A DNA stretch of 64,000 nucleotides from Auanema rhodensis (GCA_964057225.1 OZ059898.1:4154001-4218000), one strand, 5' to 3'; positions 1 through 12,686 are shown, counted from the first letter of the stretch. Notes: generated by a model from the sequence alone, not told the origin. Made by a program: numbers and translations.

Positions 1-310
1 TAATAATGTGATAATCGAATTTATTTAATCTTCATATGAATGTAATCTAATTTTTTTATCATTTTTTGAGTATGTGTAAATTAATTGTTGCCGTTTACAC
101 TGGTATCTCGTACATAAGTCTTACTGAACTCATTATTTATCAAAATAACTATTATTCAGCTTTATATATTTTATTAATAAATAATTTATATATCATTTTC
201 ATATTACAACAGCTAGATTACTGTTCATCGTTTGAAATACATCTTTTAAGTGTTGTGATTGTTGAATTTTGTATTTTGCAGACTATCGATATCGACGATC
301 GCTTTTAAGC

Positions 311-968
311 ATGGTATGTTAATCATCTAATTCAAAAAACAAATTTAATTTCTTTAGAGTGCAAATCTTCAAATATGTGCTATACCTGATGAACTAAAGG
401 AGCGTTTAAGAATGTTCCGGTTTTCAAAAAGTCAAACTATGAATGCTCTTATAGGTTAATAGACTGAACTAAAATACTTATAAATTCAACAATGCGTTTT
501 CCAAATGATTTTTTTTAGTTAAAATTGATAAGCAGGAACAGAAACTCATGGTCGAAGAATTTCTTGAAGTATTACTGTTGAGAAAATTCATAATTTGCTA
601 TTAAACTATTTTAGGATTGTGACTTGGACGATATAACAAATGAATTGCCACAGCAGCAACCTCGGTTTTTGCTTTTAAGCTTTTCTAGAAAACACGGTGA
701 CGGCAGAGTTTCTTATCCAATGTGTCTAATATTTTATAGTCCCTCTGGTTGGCTTAAATACACAATGTTCTCGTTAACTGATATTATTTTAGGATGTAGT
801 CCTGATCAACAAATGTTATATGCTGGAAGTCGTAACACTCTAGTTCAGGAATGTGAGCTCACAAAGGTAATATTTTTTAATATCATTTAATAAATCACAA
901 TATTTAAGAACTTTGAAATTCGTGATATTGAAGAATTGACTCATGAGTATATAGATTCTAAAGTTTGA
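311..968 (+). CDS. GMF: Glia maturation factor (ADF-H family, Arp2/3 debranching factor); 6 exons, first coding exon is ATG only
   Basis: Spliced frame M|[32 protein letters not shown]|[10 protein letters not shown]..|[43 protein letters not shown]|[19 protein letters not shown]..|[19 protein letters not shown]. The GRVSYP and QMLYAGS motifs are typical of GMF. Confidence 0.93.
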
Positions 969-1181
969 TATTTAATTCTTTTGTAACATATATGTTATGC
1001 CGATATATTAATTTTTATAAATTTGGCATCAATTTTTTAAAATTAATTTTCTTTTCTTTATTTTCGCATTTTACTTTGTTCGGGGGTGGTTGAGAACTTT
1101 ATTAGGATTGATTAAAAAGACCTGATGTATTGATTACTATTGTGAACGGTATGAATATTTTTATTCGATATACTCGTTGCG

Positions 1182-4100
1182 TTAGTTCTGCTTAAATCGT
1201 TCTGATTTCAAGGCAAAAATCTGTTCCTTTAGCTCTATGACTTCTCGTCGAATTTTGCAGTAGCGGCGAAAATATACATCTAAATTTGTCGTGCAAACGT
1301 GATAAGTTTAATACCAAGACTCACTACTTCTTCGTTTTTCCATATCAAGCTTTTGTCGCAGACGTTGCTCTTCTGTGTGCCTGATTTGTGATCGAACTGC
1401 TTCTATCTCATCTGTATTGCAATAACTATTAATGATAAATAGTATTCAGCCTCACTTTTTTCTCTGTTCAACGCCTCTCTCTGTTGTTTGAAATGTTCAG
1501 ATGCCATATCTATTAAACCAATAATTTTATTAAAAGCGGGATCAGATGGTGGTGAAGGCTGGCTATTCTCGGAAGAACTACCGCGATCCGAGAAGGCACG
1601 TTGGTTGGGGGAAAGCTGGAAATTTAATATAAAACACCGTTAAAAAAGAAAAACTCACACTGCGATCTATCTTATTCATGTTTTCAAGTACGTCACTATC
1701 TCCTCCTTCCGAATTAGAAATCGTCGATGTATTTGTCTTAGAAAGGCTAACCGAGTTACTACTTTCAGTTTCCATACAACCTAGCTGTTCGGCTATGATT
1801 AATTCAGAACCATCAATATTCCCCCTGAAAAATATATATTATTATTATATGTTTAAATGTTTAAAAAAAGTTTGTTTAAACGAATATTTTCAAAAAATCA
1901 ATATGATATGGTATATGGTTCATTAAAAACAAGAGCTATAAAGAACATGATGACGTATGTGCAATATCGACTATGTTTTGCTCTCGTCATTTTGATAGTT
2001 TCACCAAATATGACAATTTGGAAATGAATTAGGGTGTGATTAGAAAAGATTTTCTTTATTTTCAAGAAAACCCATAAAGATTGTTAATTTCATTTCATAA
2101 ATGATTATAAAAGTGAAAGCACTGTCTGGACTCAAAATAGAGAAGAAAAAGATATATATTTTATATATAATTTATATTTCCTGTACCCCACTTTCCGGAT
2201 CTTTACGCGAAAATGAAAATTGACGAGTATTACAAAGATTTACTGACAGCTTATCCCTATCTAATCATGCAATAATCCACAGTATAAGAAATTCTCTGTG
2301 AAGTAAGCTTGAATATAAAGCAGAGGTAATCAACTACAAGCTGGATCATTATATACCAATGGAGATATTCTTTTTTACATGTTATTTTTCAAATTCGTAA
2401 ATCATTGATTAATTCTTTTTGATGGATTCTGAAGATTTCCAGATCAAACTGGATGAAAGTTAAGTTAGGATATAACTCGTCAACACATATAATAAATCCG
2501 TTAATCGCTTTCTTATTATTTAAATAAAAACTTTACTCTCCATTATAGATATCAAAACCTAGAATCTTTCATAAATCTACTAAGCAAGAAAGCGATTATC
2601 CAAATTTTGGAATAAGTAAATATAACTAGAAAAAATTGGAAAACATGAAAATTAAATGCAAAATTAGTAACATACCCAATTGTCCTTTCCAAATCATCTT
2701 CATTAAGTGATCTGTGATTTTCAGAACTTCCTGAAGATTTTGAAAAACCTTCTGTAGTTTCACTACAATCTTTTTTCCGGCTATTTGGTTTACTTCTCAC
2801 AGAAGAATCTTCAGAAGATCTGGTTGTACAGACATCGAAGTTTGGTTGAGAATGTGGCTGCAAGATTTGCTCTTGCTGTTGTTGTGAAAAAGCAAGCATA
2901 TGTTGCAGTAAAAGTTGCTGGGCAGTGAGTTGAGGAAGAAAATGGCCCATGATAAGAGGGTTTGTCATAGAGCAAGAAGGTGATATTTGACTTGAAATAT
3001 CTTCTGGAAAAAAATATATTAAATAATCATGCAGCTGATGTTGAAAAAAACCTGATGAGTCTACCTTGCTCTTTTTAATTTGTTGTCCCCAGTCTTCGTT
3101 AGGTAATGACATGCGTTTTGCTGGTCTGCCAGGTCTTGTGCTATATATGAAGGGTATTAAGCAGAAATTGAACAAATTACCAACCATGTATTTGTACAAT
3201 CGTCATAAAGCTTATCGCAATCAATCATATCTATTAACTTGCATCTGTTAACACCCGGCTGAATCGCTCCGAAACCTCTGAGAGCACGAACCTAATGATG
3301 TAATGAAATATAGAAAGATTTTAATTTATTCAATGCTTACCTGTTCAACATTACAAATTAATGGTGATATATCTAGCCTCCTTAGTTTTGTATATACAGT
3401 ATGTAATCCTCCTACCATTGTTTTCAAAAATAGTTCATAAACCTTCAAATAAACACCTTTTTCCCAAATACGAAAAGTTGTTAACCTGAGGTAAACAAAT
3501 CATTTGCTTTCCATCAATTTCGAACCCAGCTACTTTTTCTCCTCGGTATTCGAAAAGTTTGGCATTCACAGGTTCCGAAGAAGATTCTCCGAATGTTGCG
3601 AATTCTGTGCATGCACTTACATCGGAACCACCTAAATTTCAGTATATTATTTAGAATTCTACAATAAAAAGAAAAATATTTATAAAAAATTATTAATGAT
3701 AAGAGCATTATTGAGTGATGAGAAATTGTTTAAACATTGAATTAAGATTTAAATTGTAACTTTGTTTAGTTTGGTAGAAAACTAAATACATTACCTCTCG
3801 CTTCCATTGCACATTCAGTTCTCAGTAAAAAACCACTGATTTAATAAGAACAATAGCTCGAGCAGATGCGCGAGTATGATTTGCAATAAGAAAAGGTAAT
3901 GTTGAAAAAATCCAAAAAAGGAATAGTTTGCAAAATTTGTTAAATTTTCAGTAAGAATGGCTTAGTTCGTTGTCTAAGCGGATAGGTCGAAGGAACGTAT
4001 ATGAGAATTGTTTTCTATTTTATATCAGCTGTGTACATCTTTCATCCTTTATAAGTATTTATTATATCTCAATCTGTTTTTATCTCTGCAGTTATTCTCT

Positions 4101-4762
4101 TTATCTTTCTTACACACACTATCTTTTCTCGGTTTCTTCTTTTCTTACATCAGCTTCTTTTTTTTTCCAAATTGGGTATTAGTCAAAAATTATTGTGTGA
4201 TTACTTAAACCAATACACATATTTTAAAAATGTTGATAATATAATTAGATATACAGTTACATCAAACACTGAAGAGGTTCTAGAAATTCCGCTTGGTTCA
4301 AGAACAAAGCCACCTTTTATCTTTGTGATTATGAAAAAATCAGAAAAGAAAATATTTTTAAATATAAGCAACATCTAAATATTTCTACTCAATTTGTAAA
4401 TTTGCATAAAACAATTGTTTAAATCATTTTTCACTCAAAAATAGATTTTAATCTGCAGAAGTAAAACGTAAAGCTCGCAGAAAATAAGATTCGCGATTAT
4501 CCATGGATTTTTATCTGATTGAAGCAATTTTTTGTATATAAACGATTCAGAGAAAAAATATTAAAGAATTATTGTTTTAGTTTTAAATTCAGCAAAAATA
4601 TTAAATGCATATTAAAATAATTTTATTTATAAAACATGTACCTGAATTATCTGGATCATTTATCATATTCATTATGGATTCTGTATCAAACATTAACAGT
4701 TTTTCTGGTTGAAATCGTGATTGTAGCTCAGTCATGCTCTTTATTGCTCCCAAGCCATCCAT
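1182..4762 (-). CDS. dac-1: Dachshund transcription cofactor (Ski/Sno/Dach DD1 domain plus C-terminal DD2-like coiled coil)
   Basis: Exons join to AKLFEYRGEKVAGFEIDGKQMICLPQ|VYELFLKTMVGGLHTVYTKLRRLDISPLICNVEQ|VRALRGFGAIQPGVNRCKLI...TRPGRP, the Dachbox-N. Stop TAA at 1182-1184; ATG at 4762 follows a TTTTTAG acceptor. Confidence 0.92.
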
Positions 4763-6610
4763 AATCAATCTGGTTGTCTAAAAAAGAGAAAAAAGGTAAT
4801 TCAGCTTATTAACATATTTCCAAATGACTTTTTTCACAATTTTAATTTTTTACAGAATTAATGAAGGTATAAATTTTTTTAACGGACTGTTTCATCTCAT
4901 ATCGAAAAGCATATGGAATCATGTAGTTTGTATTCTAACAAATGAGAAAAAGTTACATTTTAAAAAAGTTTCATAGGCACAGGAGAATAAAAACAGAATC
5001 ATTTGCTACAAATAGTAGTAGAATCATCAAAATAGTCAAATGAAAAGACTCGTTAGATGAAATGACAAGATATCCCAAGAAGGACTAAATAAATAGCTTG
5101 TTGAAGAGAACGAGAGAAAGAAAGGGAAATCGAAATGTACCTGGACTGACTGAAGTAGAAGGAAGACTGAAAAGAAGACGAACACTCAAAAGTGGAATCA
5201 GAAAGGAAAGCAAACGGTAGTTAGAGAGGGAAAGAGAAAGGGAGAGGAAGAGAATCAGATAAACCAGAATAGGACTTTTTAGATTTACATTTGATTAAAA
5301 GAAAGCGAATACCACTACCATTTTAAAAAGATATTGTTAGTCGCTGAGCCGACAGAAGTAGAAGCTTCTTAATTAGCTGAGTGTCTCAACTTGGAACAAC
5401 TTATGTTTGTTAAAACGAGTAAAACAGCTGAGCATATCATATGAGAATGAGTGAATGAGCTAGGTTTAGCTACATAACTTCTTTTAATACTAGATTATTT
5501 TTCTAAAGTTTTAATATTTGTTATAATAAAGAATTGTAATAGTTGTGAATTTAAAAAAAAGCATTTGTAACTTATCAAAAAAATTAAAAGATTATTCGAT
5601 AGATAATATTTTACATACAAATTAAATTAATGTTTTAGCAGAATTTTGAGAAAGACATATATGTATATGCTATCAATAAACAAATACAATTTATCAAAAA
5701 AAAACGTCTGATGCTCTAATAAGCATTGATAACACTTAAATTGATTTCTCTCATGTCCGAACAAATTTTAAAATGAAAAAATTGTAAACAAACAGTTTTC
5801 AGTTATCATGAAAACTGTTTATAACTTAATTTTTAAAAATATGGAAAAGCTACGATTTGAAACAATCTTGAATGTAAAAGGGGTGGAAGAAATATATTAG
5901 AACGATACAGTCTGAAAGGCGAACTAGCAAATCAAAATGAAACTGTTATGAATGACTAGATGAGATAATGATCAGTCGTCAGTTTTTTTACTTCTTTTCA
6001 CTATTACTCTCTCCTTCTCATGTCTTTTATAAATGCTCACTCCCTGTCTTCTAACTTCCTTTTCTTTCACTTCTGTTGTTGGAAACTTGCTTATTAAATT
6101 GCTTATAAACCTGGAAAAATGATGGTTTTTGAATAGAACAAAGTTACCCGGAACAAGCTGGCATCGTTGTTCATTTCAAGAAACGTAGTGGAAAGAATTC
6201 ATATTAACTTATACGAGCATATAGATTCTTATCGAACCGCTAAAACAATTCTAACTAGACCTTTATTTTTGAAGGTGAAGTGGTAATTTCTTTATTTTTC
6301 CGTTAATGAACAACTTAACAAAATATTTATAAATTTAAGTTTGTTTACTATTTGATTTCTTACTGTTAAAATTTATTCACCTTTTGAAATAAAGAAAAAT
6401 TACTATTTATATCCCATCCAACTAGTGAAAGAAAAAATTTTGCTGAAGAAGCTTTTTCTCAATATCATCTTCTTAAAATACTCACAAATGGTTTTTAAAA
6501 TTTATTTACAAAAGAAATATCACATATGCAATAAACGAAGCAAGAGATCGAAAAAATGAATCACCGCGCGCATTCACAAAGTAGCAAGCTTAGAAAACAA
6601 AAAAAAAGCT

Positions 6611-7841
6611 TTATAAAGAAACCATGCTTTCCCATTCTGTTTCATCTGTTATTCTCCAATTTGGACTAGGTCCCTCTGCAAGCCAATCAAAATCACTTGG
6701 CCGTTTCCATTGATCCCCATTTGGTGGTTTTACTTGTTCATTATTGTGTTTTAATCTTAATTTTCAATATTAACAGGAAATTCAAGGCATAAGCTGAACC
6801 TGTATGGTGACAAGAGGATATCTCTACAACCTTCAAAAATAATGGCTCCTGCTACGCCAATATTGAAGAGAACGTGATACGAATCATGAACTCTAATTTG
6901 TTGGGCACATGCCCAGATTTTTGAGCTGAAACAAATGACTTAATAACTAAACTGAAAGTTGCTCTACCTCTTAACATTATGCATAAGTATTGATGTTTCT
7001 ACTGGTAAGAAAATCAGAGTACAATTTTGAACATTCTTAAACAATCAAATAAGTTGCTTGTAAAATTTAAAGTTTCTTACATGAATATGAACAGCAGAAG
7101 GTCGAAATGGGAAGCGCAAAACACAATTTTGAAGATTTTTAACATTCAAACTGGATCCATCATCACCGTTAACAGTAGATACAACATCCGTCTCAAAAAA
7201 GGAAAATAAAAACCCAAAAAGCTTAGTTTTTACCAGATTAGAAATATCAATGATATTTTCAGTTTGCGAAGGCCGCAGTTCAACATCATTATCTTTTACA
7301 TTATTATTATTAATAAGCACTTCATTAACAAGCGGTTTTACTGATTTAGGAGACCGTTTCTGAAAAAAAAGTGTTTTTTTTTTTTTTGGAAAATAAAGAC
7401 GCACCACGAAGCTAAATGATCCTAATGTTGGCAAATTATCTTTGGCTACAGCAGCTCTCCTTAAACTTTCTAAGACATTTTGAATGCGCTTAGTATTATG
7501 AACACCACACTCGAGAGACAAAGCTTCTTCTAAAAATATAATTTTAACAAATTTACATATCCTACTTATACCTAAGCGATTAATTATGTCCTCGTCGACA
7601 ACTCCTTTCTCGGCATTTAGTTTACCCTTTTCAATCATTCTGTCTAATTCAAATTCCCTAGATTTCTTTTCAGACACTGGAAAACACATTATACTTCAAG
7701 ATGGCAACTTTAGAACATACAGTTTGATCCCTTCACAGACTCAGAAGTGGCATTTCTTTTTTGAAGCCTGGCAATTAGTTTAGCTTTTCTTTTCTCTATA
7801 GCATTAAGATCAATATTTGATTCTAAGCCAACAGCATCCAT
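6611..7841 (-). CDS. TBCC: Tubulin-specific chaperone C (C-CAP/cofactor C domain)
   Basis: Spliced product contains WACAQQIRVHDS..GAIIFEGCRDILLSPY..WKRPSDFDWLAEGPSPNW, matching the TBCC QQLRIH and DFNWL..SPNW motifs. ATG sits directly after a TTGTAG acceptor. Confidence 0.85.
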
Positions 7842-8000
7842 CTACAATTTGTGAATTTAATCAATTTCATTATTGAAATCAATAAATAGTTATCTGTTCA
7901 GACAGAGTATATAATGCATTTCAATGCCATGTAACTAATTTATTTACAAAATATACGGTATCAAACTTTACTAAACTAAAAACATAATTGACCATAAATC

Positions 8001-8548
8001 TTAATCATACTTAGTATACTCGGTACGACGAGGATACCACGGAAGCAAAACTTGAGAAAAGGCACGTCCATTCTCTGAAACCAAATGATTGCCAAATATA
8101 CGAAATTAGTTCTTACTGTCTTTGAAATGATCAAAATCTTCAGGATGAAGCTTCATGTAATGCTCAATAACGGCATCTCTTGTTTGATAATGTCTCTCTC
8201 TCAGAGCTCCCATGCCATATCCTAGCGCAGTTACAGCGGAAATTAGAACCAAGCGTGGGAAGAGAGCTTAAAATGTCTGTTATGATTTACCGGAACACTT
8301 TCTAACCATAATAGTAAGGTTTCTTATTCCACATGTTGTGAAGCTGACAAGATATCAGCGAGACTCCGAGCACAACTCCAGCACCCTAAAGCTCAGTAAA
8401 ATCAATGGCTTACGATCGAAACCGTTCATACTTTCGCAGGATAGGACCAAGTAAATGGATCCATAATTTGTCTTTCACGCTTTCCAGCCCTCAGATATTT
8501 TTCTCTTCTTTGAAGTTCGTCATCGCTAACCCTCGTGGAGGCCGACAT
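8001..8548 (-). CDS. NDUFC2: Complex I accessory subunit NDUFC2 (B14.5b)
   Basis: Four exons with two hydrophobic helices followed by RDAVIEHYMKLHPEDF..FSQVLLPWYPRR, typical of the NDUFC2 C-terminus. Confidence 0.85.
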
Positions 8549-8686
8549 GGCCTGATAGGAAATTAACATTTATCGAACTCAAATTAAATTTATCCTCAAT
8601 ATACGGAAAATCAACCGACTCAAAAAACAAAAGCTACATTACACTCTTTATCGATCATATACTAAATGCTACATGGTAACAGTTTT

Positions 8687-9183
8687 TTAGCGGTCGAACT
8701 TGGCTGGGAAGCGTCCTTCAGAAATAAGCTCATCCCATTTCTCAATCCAGAAGCCAGGGCAGAAGTCCTTAAAAATAAAGTTCAAAAACTAAATAACTAA
8801 ACAAAAGAAACCTTGTAAACATTCTGGAAAAATTTGCATGGCTTATAGTCTTCTCCCATAAGTTCGTTGCAACGATGGAAATCAACGTAGTAAGCGAAGC
8901 ATTGTCTTTGCTTACGAACCTGACAAAAAAAAGGAAATTCAATGTACAAAAGCTTAAACTGACCTGAGGAAAGCGAGCATCATATGGGGCAGCCCAAAGA
9001 AGATCCTTCTTCAGTTTCTCATTGTGTTCCTTGCTAAACCATTCTGGAGACTCAGGATGGCGAAGAGCAGAAGAAAAGTTCTCCTTAATAGAAACAAAAT
9101 ATTTTGTTACGTATTACTATACAAACCTGGTACTTTTGGAGGCGCTCCCAGGTAGTCAAAGGCACATCAACCTTAGAAGCCAT
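8687..9183 (-). CDS. cox-6B: Cytochrome c oxidase subunit 6B
   Basis: AAPYDARFPQ|VRKQRQCFAYYVDFHRCNELMGEDYKPCKFFQNVYK|DFCPGFWIEKWDELISEGRFP; four-cysteine COX6B pattern. Confidence 0.95.
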
Positions 9184-9602
9184 ACCTACAGAAAAGCATT
9201 TATAGTTTTATTTTAAGGTTTGTTAACATGCAATAGAAAAAAAATCAATTTTATGAAAGTGCATATGATGAATTTAATAATATTATTAATAAAAAGCATA
9301 ATTAAAAGATATTTAACAAAAATAAATCAAAAAATATAACATATAAAAACGTTAACACCATTCATCGCCTCGCTCCGCCTGTGCTCTCTGCATCTCTGCC
9401 AGCGATACACTTTCACTCACTTCAGTATAAACACGCCATATTTTCACGAACATTTCTCAATAGAGCGCGATTTTCTAAAACATTGTTTTCATTATTTAAA
9501 TGAAAAGAAAGCTTTTGAATTATAAATTAAGGCTTGGCTTAGTTCTTTCGTTATCTAACTGGCTCTTATTTTCTGTAAAAAATTATTTTTTTTAGAATTC
9601 AG
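9184..9602. promoter_or_regulatory. Putative bidirectional promoter shared by the cox-6B cluster and lig-4
   Basis: 419 bp between divergent ATGs. GC-richer core at about 9360-9475 including CAATAGAGCGCGATTT, flanked by T-rich outron-like tracts that end in AG just before each ATG. Confidence 0.6.
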
Positions 9603-12600
9603 ATGACAGAATTATTAAATTCTATATTGTTTTCTCAGTTTTGTTCAGTACTTGCTGATATCAAAAGAGCAGACTCGAAAAAGTCTAAAGAAAGCACAAT
9701 AAAAAATTTTTACCATGAATGCTTACAAAAATGTAAAGATGAATCAGATTTTTTGAAGCAGTTGGAACCTCTTGTCTTGTTATTTTTACCGGATTCAAAT
9801 GATAGGATCAAATTTGATATGGGGCATGTCTGTTTTGCCTTTTTATTTTGAAATTCATAACTACGATTCAGAAAAGGTTAATGGATTCTGTTACTCGAGC
9901 ATTTGATATACCTGATTTACAAATAGATTCTAACTTGGTTAGTTGGTTTAAGAGAAAAATTATAATGTTCAACATGTTCAGGATCCTAATAATGTTACTG
10001 AAATATTAACTATTGAAATCAGCAAACGATTAACATTGCGTACTTCAAAATTAACTATCTTACAATTTTATAACTATATAGTAGACATGAACAATGCTAA
10101 AGGAAAAGAGCGTATGTGGTTTTTGTATTCTATTGTTCTATTAGATTCTTGAAAGGTGATCAAAAGTTTTTGGATTTGGTTGAACATCTTGATGAACAAG
10201 AGTTGATTTGGTTGCTAAATATTCTCATTAGAAATATCGAGGTAATATTGATTATAACATTCGTTATCTTCATTGAATTATAAAGAAATATGCTGGTTAT
10301 ACTCGAAATATGTTTCTTTCACATCTCTCACCAAATGCTAATACAACATGGCAGATTACCCGAGATTTAAGATCCGTTTTGGTTAACAAATTTGATGATG
10401 AAGATAGAGTAAGGATGAAGAAGCATTTTTTGCATAAATAGTTTTTGAGGAACCTGATTTTTATTTGGGTAATAACTTCAGTCCAATGCTGCTGGCAAGA
10501 TTAACCTGTGATTTAATAGACAGCCAGGTTCCTTAATTGAAATATATCCCAATTATATTATATCTAAGATGAAAAATCTATATGGAGGGTTTTTTATGGA
10601 AACCAAATATGATGGTGAACATGTTTTATTACATAAGAATAAGGACGAATATAAATGGTATACAAGGAATGGCAAAGATTTTTCAATGGTTAACTACCTA
10701 AACTATTAATTCTTGTTTTAATAATATATGATGTTTTAGAGATATGGGTGTAATAAAAATGAAAAATTGGCTGCTCAAATTCATTCTTGTTTCAAATCTG
10801 CTATTGATCAATGTATTATTGACTGTGAATTAATGCATTATGATGAGTCAAGAGGAAAATTAGGTAAGCTGTAGTTTGCGTCTGAATATCAATATATGAT
10901 TCAGTTCGACATTTGGATCGTGGCTCTGATGGTGTTGTTTTGAATTACAGTAATCCTCAACCTGGCCATCGTATTGGTACATGAGCTTTATAGATTAACA
11001 AATAATAATAGAACATAACGATCACGGATGTTTGTTAGTAACTAAAATATGAAAAACCGGCATCAAATTAGAATGTTATATATATTTTGATTACAGTTGT
11101 CGTGGTGTTTGATTTATTATATATATCGGGAACTGTTCATGGAAATACATATAAGGAAGACCTCACTATCACGCCGCTCGTTGATCGTGCTGAAATTATG
11201 AGAGATCGTCTTCTGAAAACAGATGATATCTCTAAAATGTTTTTAGTTCCGAGGAAAGAAGGAGAAACGGCGTGAGTTTATATTATTTTCTAAAATAACT
11301 TGTAATATCTACATAGGGAAGACATTCGAGAATGTTTCAAAAATGCAATGGAATTAGGAGAAGAAGGTATAGCCATAAAACGTAAAGATTCCTTGTATCA
11401 TATTGGTAAACGGTAAGGCATATAAAAATAAAATTCAACGTTTAATATTTAATTTTCAGGAACAAAGGTAATGGTTGGTTTAAGCTAAAGGATCGTTTTG
11501 ACATGGATCTTGTTATTGTGGGACTTTGTCCAGCACAGGACGATAAAGGACTTTCTTTTCTTCTAGCAGCCTGGGATGGTAGGATACTGTTTGTTTTCAG
11601 TTCGAATTCCTATTTTCAGATACTACTTATCATAATAAGTTTTTGCATGTTATATGTAAATCTTATTCGGGGTTGAGTGCTCTTGATCGTCGGAAAATTT
11701 TACAAGATGGCATGATGAGATAAAATGATTGCTAAATTGATATTATTTTAGTACGTGAAAATGGTCCTTTATTGAAAGAACCTCCGAATTCATTAATAGG
11801 ATGGTCTGATCCCTTATATGAATATTTCCGCGAAAGTGATTGGCTGGTAATGATGAGCTTAATTAATTTTTTTAATGAATTTTATGTTTTAGGTGGTTGA
11901 AGCTGTTGCTCATGGAGTTAGAAATGGACATCTCGTCGATACTGTTATGCAAAGAATACGATATGATAAGGAAGTTTGCAAAGAAGATATCGATGAATAT
12001 CGTGTTATTAAGAAATATAATCCAGCAGAGGTTTATTATCTATACCATCTTAGAATACTTTATTACTACCGTTTAAGAATAATTTCAACAACGAAGTGAA
12101 AACAAAAGCTATTAAAAAAAAGAAAATGAGCGTCAAAGATATTTTTTCCGACAGTAATACGGCATGTATTTCCATTCTTATATTTTTCGTTTAAGACTTT
12201 GCCGTAAAACGCGAGAAGTTAACTTCTTCGGATCATATTGATCTTGTCCTTAGCGGTAAAACAGTATGCGTACTTCAAGGTTTTGATGACTGTTTACGAA
12301 AAAAATGTTGGGATATTCTTCGAAAATTCGGGGCTAATGTTATTGCTAATACAAGTATGCTTGTTAGGTATTTATGATAATGTATTGTGTGTACTTAGAT
12401 GACGATACCATTTTATTGATTGCACCATCGGAAAAGCATATGAAAGTATTACTTGCAAAGAAAAAGGGTAATCTTCCAATCATAAAATCAGATTGGCTAC
12501 TTCGATACGAGGAGAAAAATGTTCTTGAACCCTGGTTAGTTGGAGATTATTCGTTCATTCTTTCTGCTGACTTATTTTACTATTAGCACGTCTGGCAATA

Positions 12601-12686
12601 ACTATCCTAAATCATACTTGCAAAGTGTCAATAATAATTATTTTATAGCTTATCCGATTCCTATGAGGACACCCCTCAGCATTTGA
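9603..12686 (+). CDS. lig-4: DNA ligase IV (NHEJ), divergent, single C-terminal BRCT; about 17 exons, last exon boundary uncertain
   Basis: FSPMLLAR; motif I METKYDGEHVLLHK..YKWYTRNG; VVVFDLLY; EEGIAIK; GWFKLK..DMDLVIVG; RIRYDK; BRCT LSGKTVCVL..FGANVI..IIKSDWLLRY. Confidence 0.88.

Noticed and set aside
1610-1665. Apparent frameshift or tandem donor in dac-1
   Set aside because: Recounting the C run shows that the GTGAGT donor gives a clean phase-0 splice.
12153-12195. Apparent GC donor or 30-nt intron in lig-4
   Set aside because: A 42-nt GTAATA..AAG intron preserves the frame.
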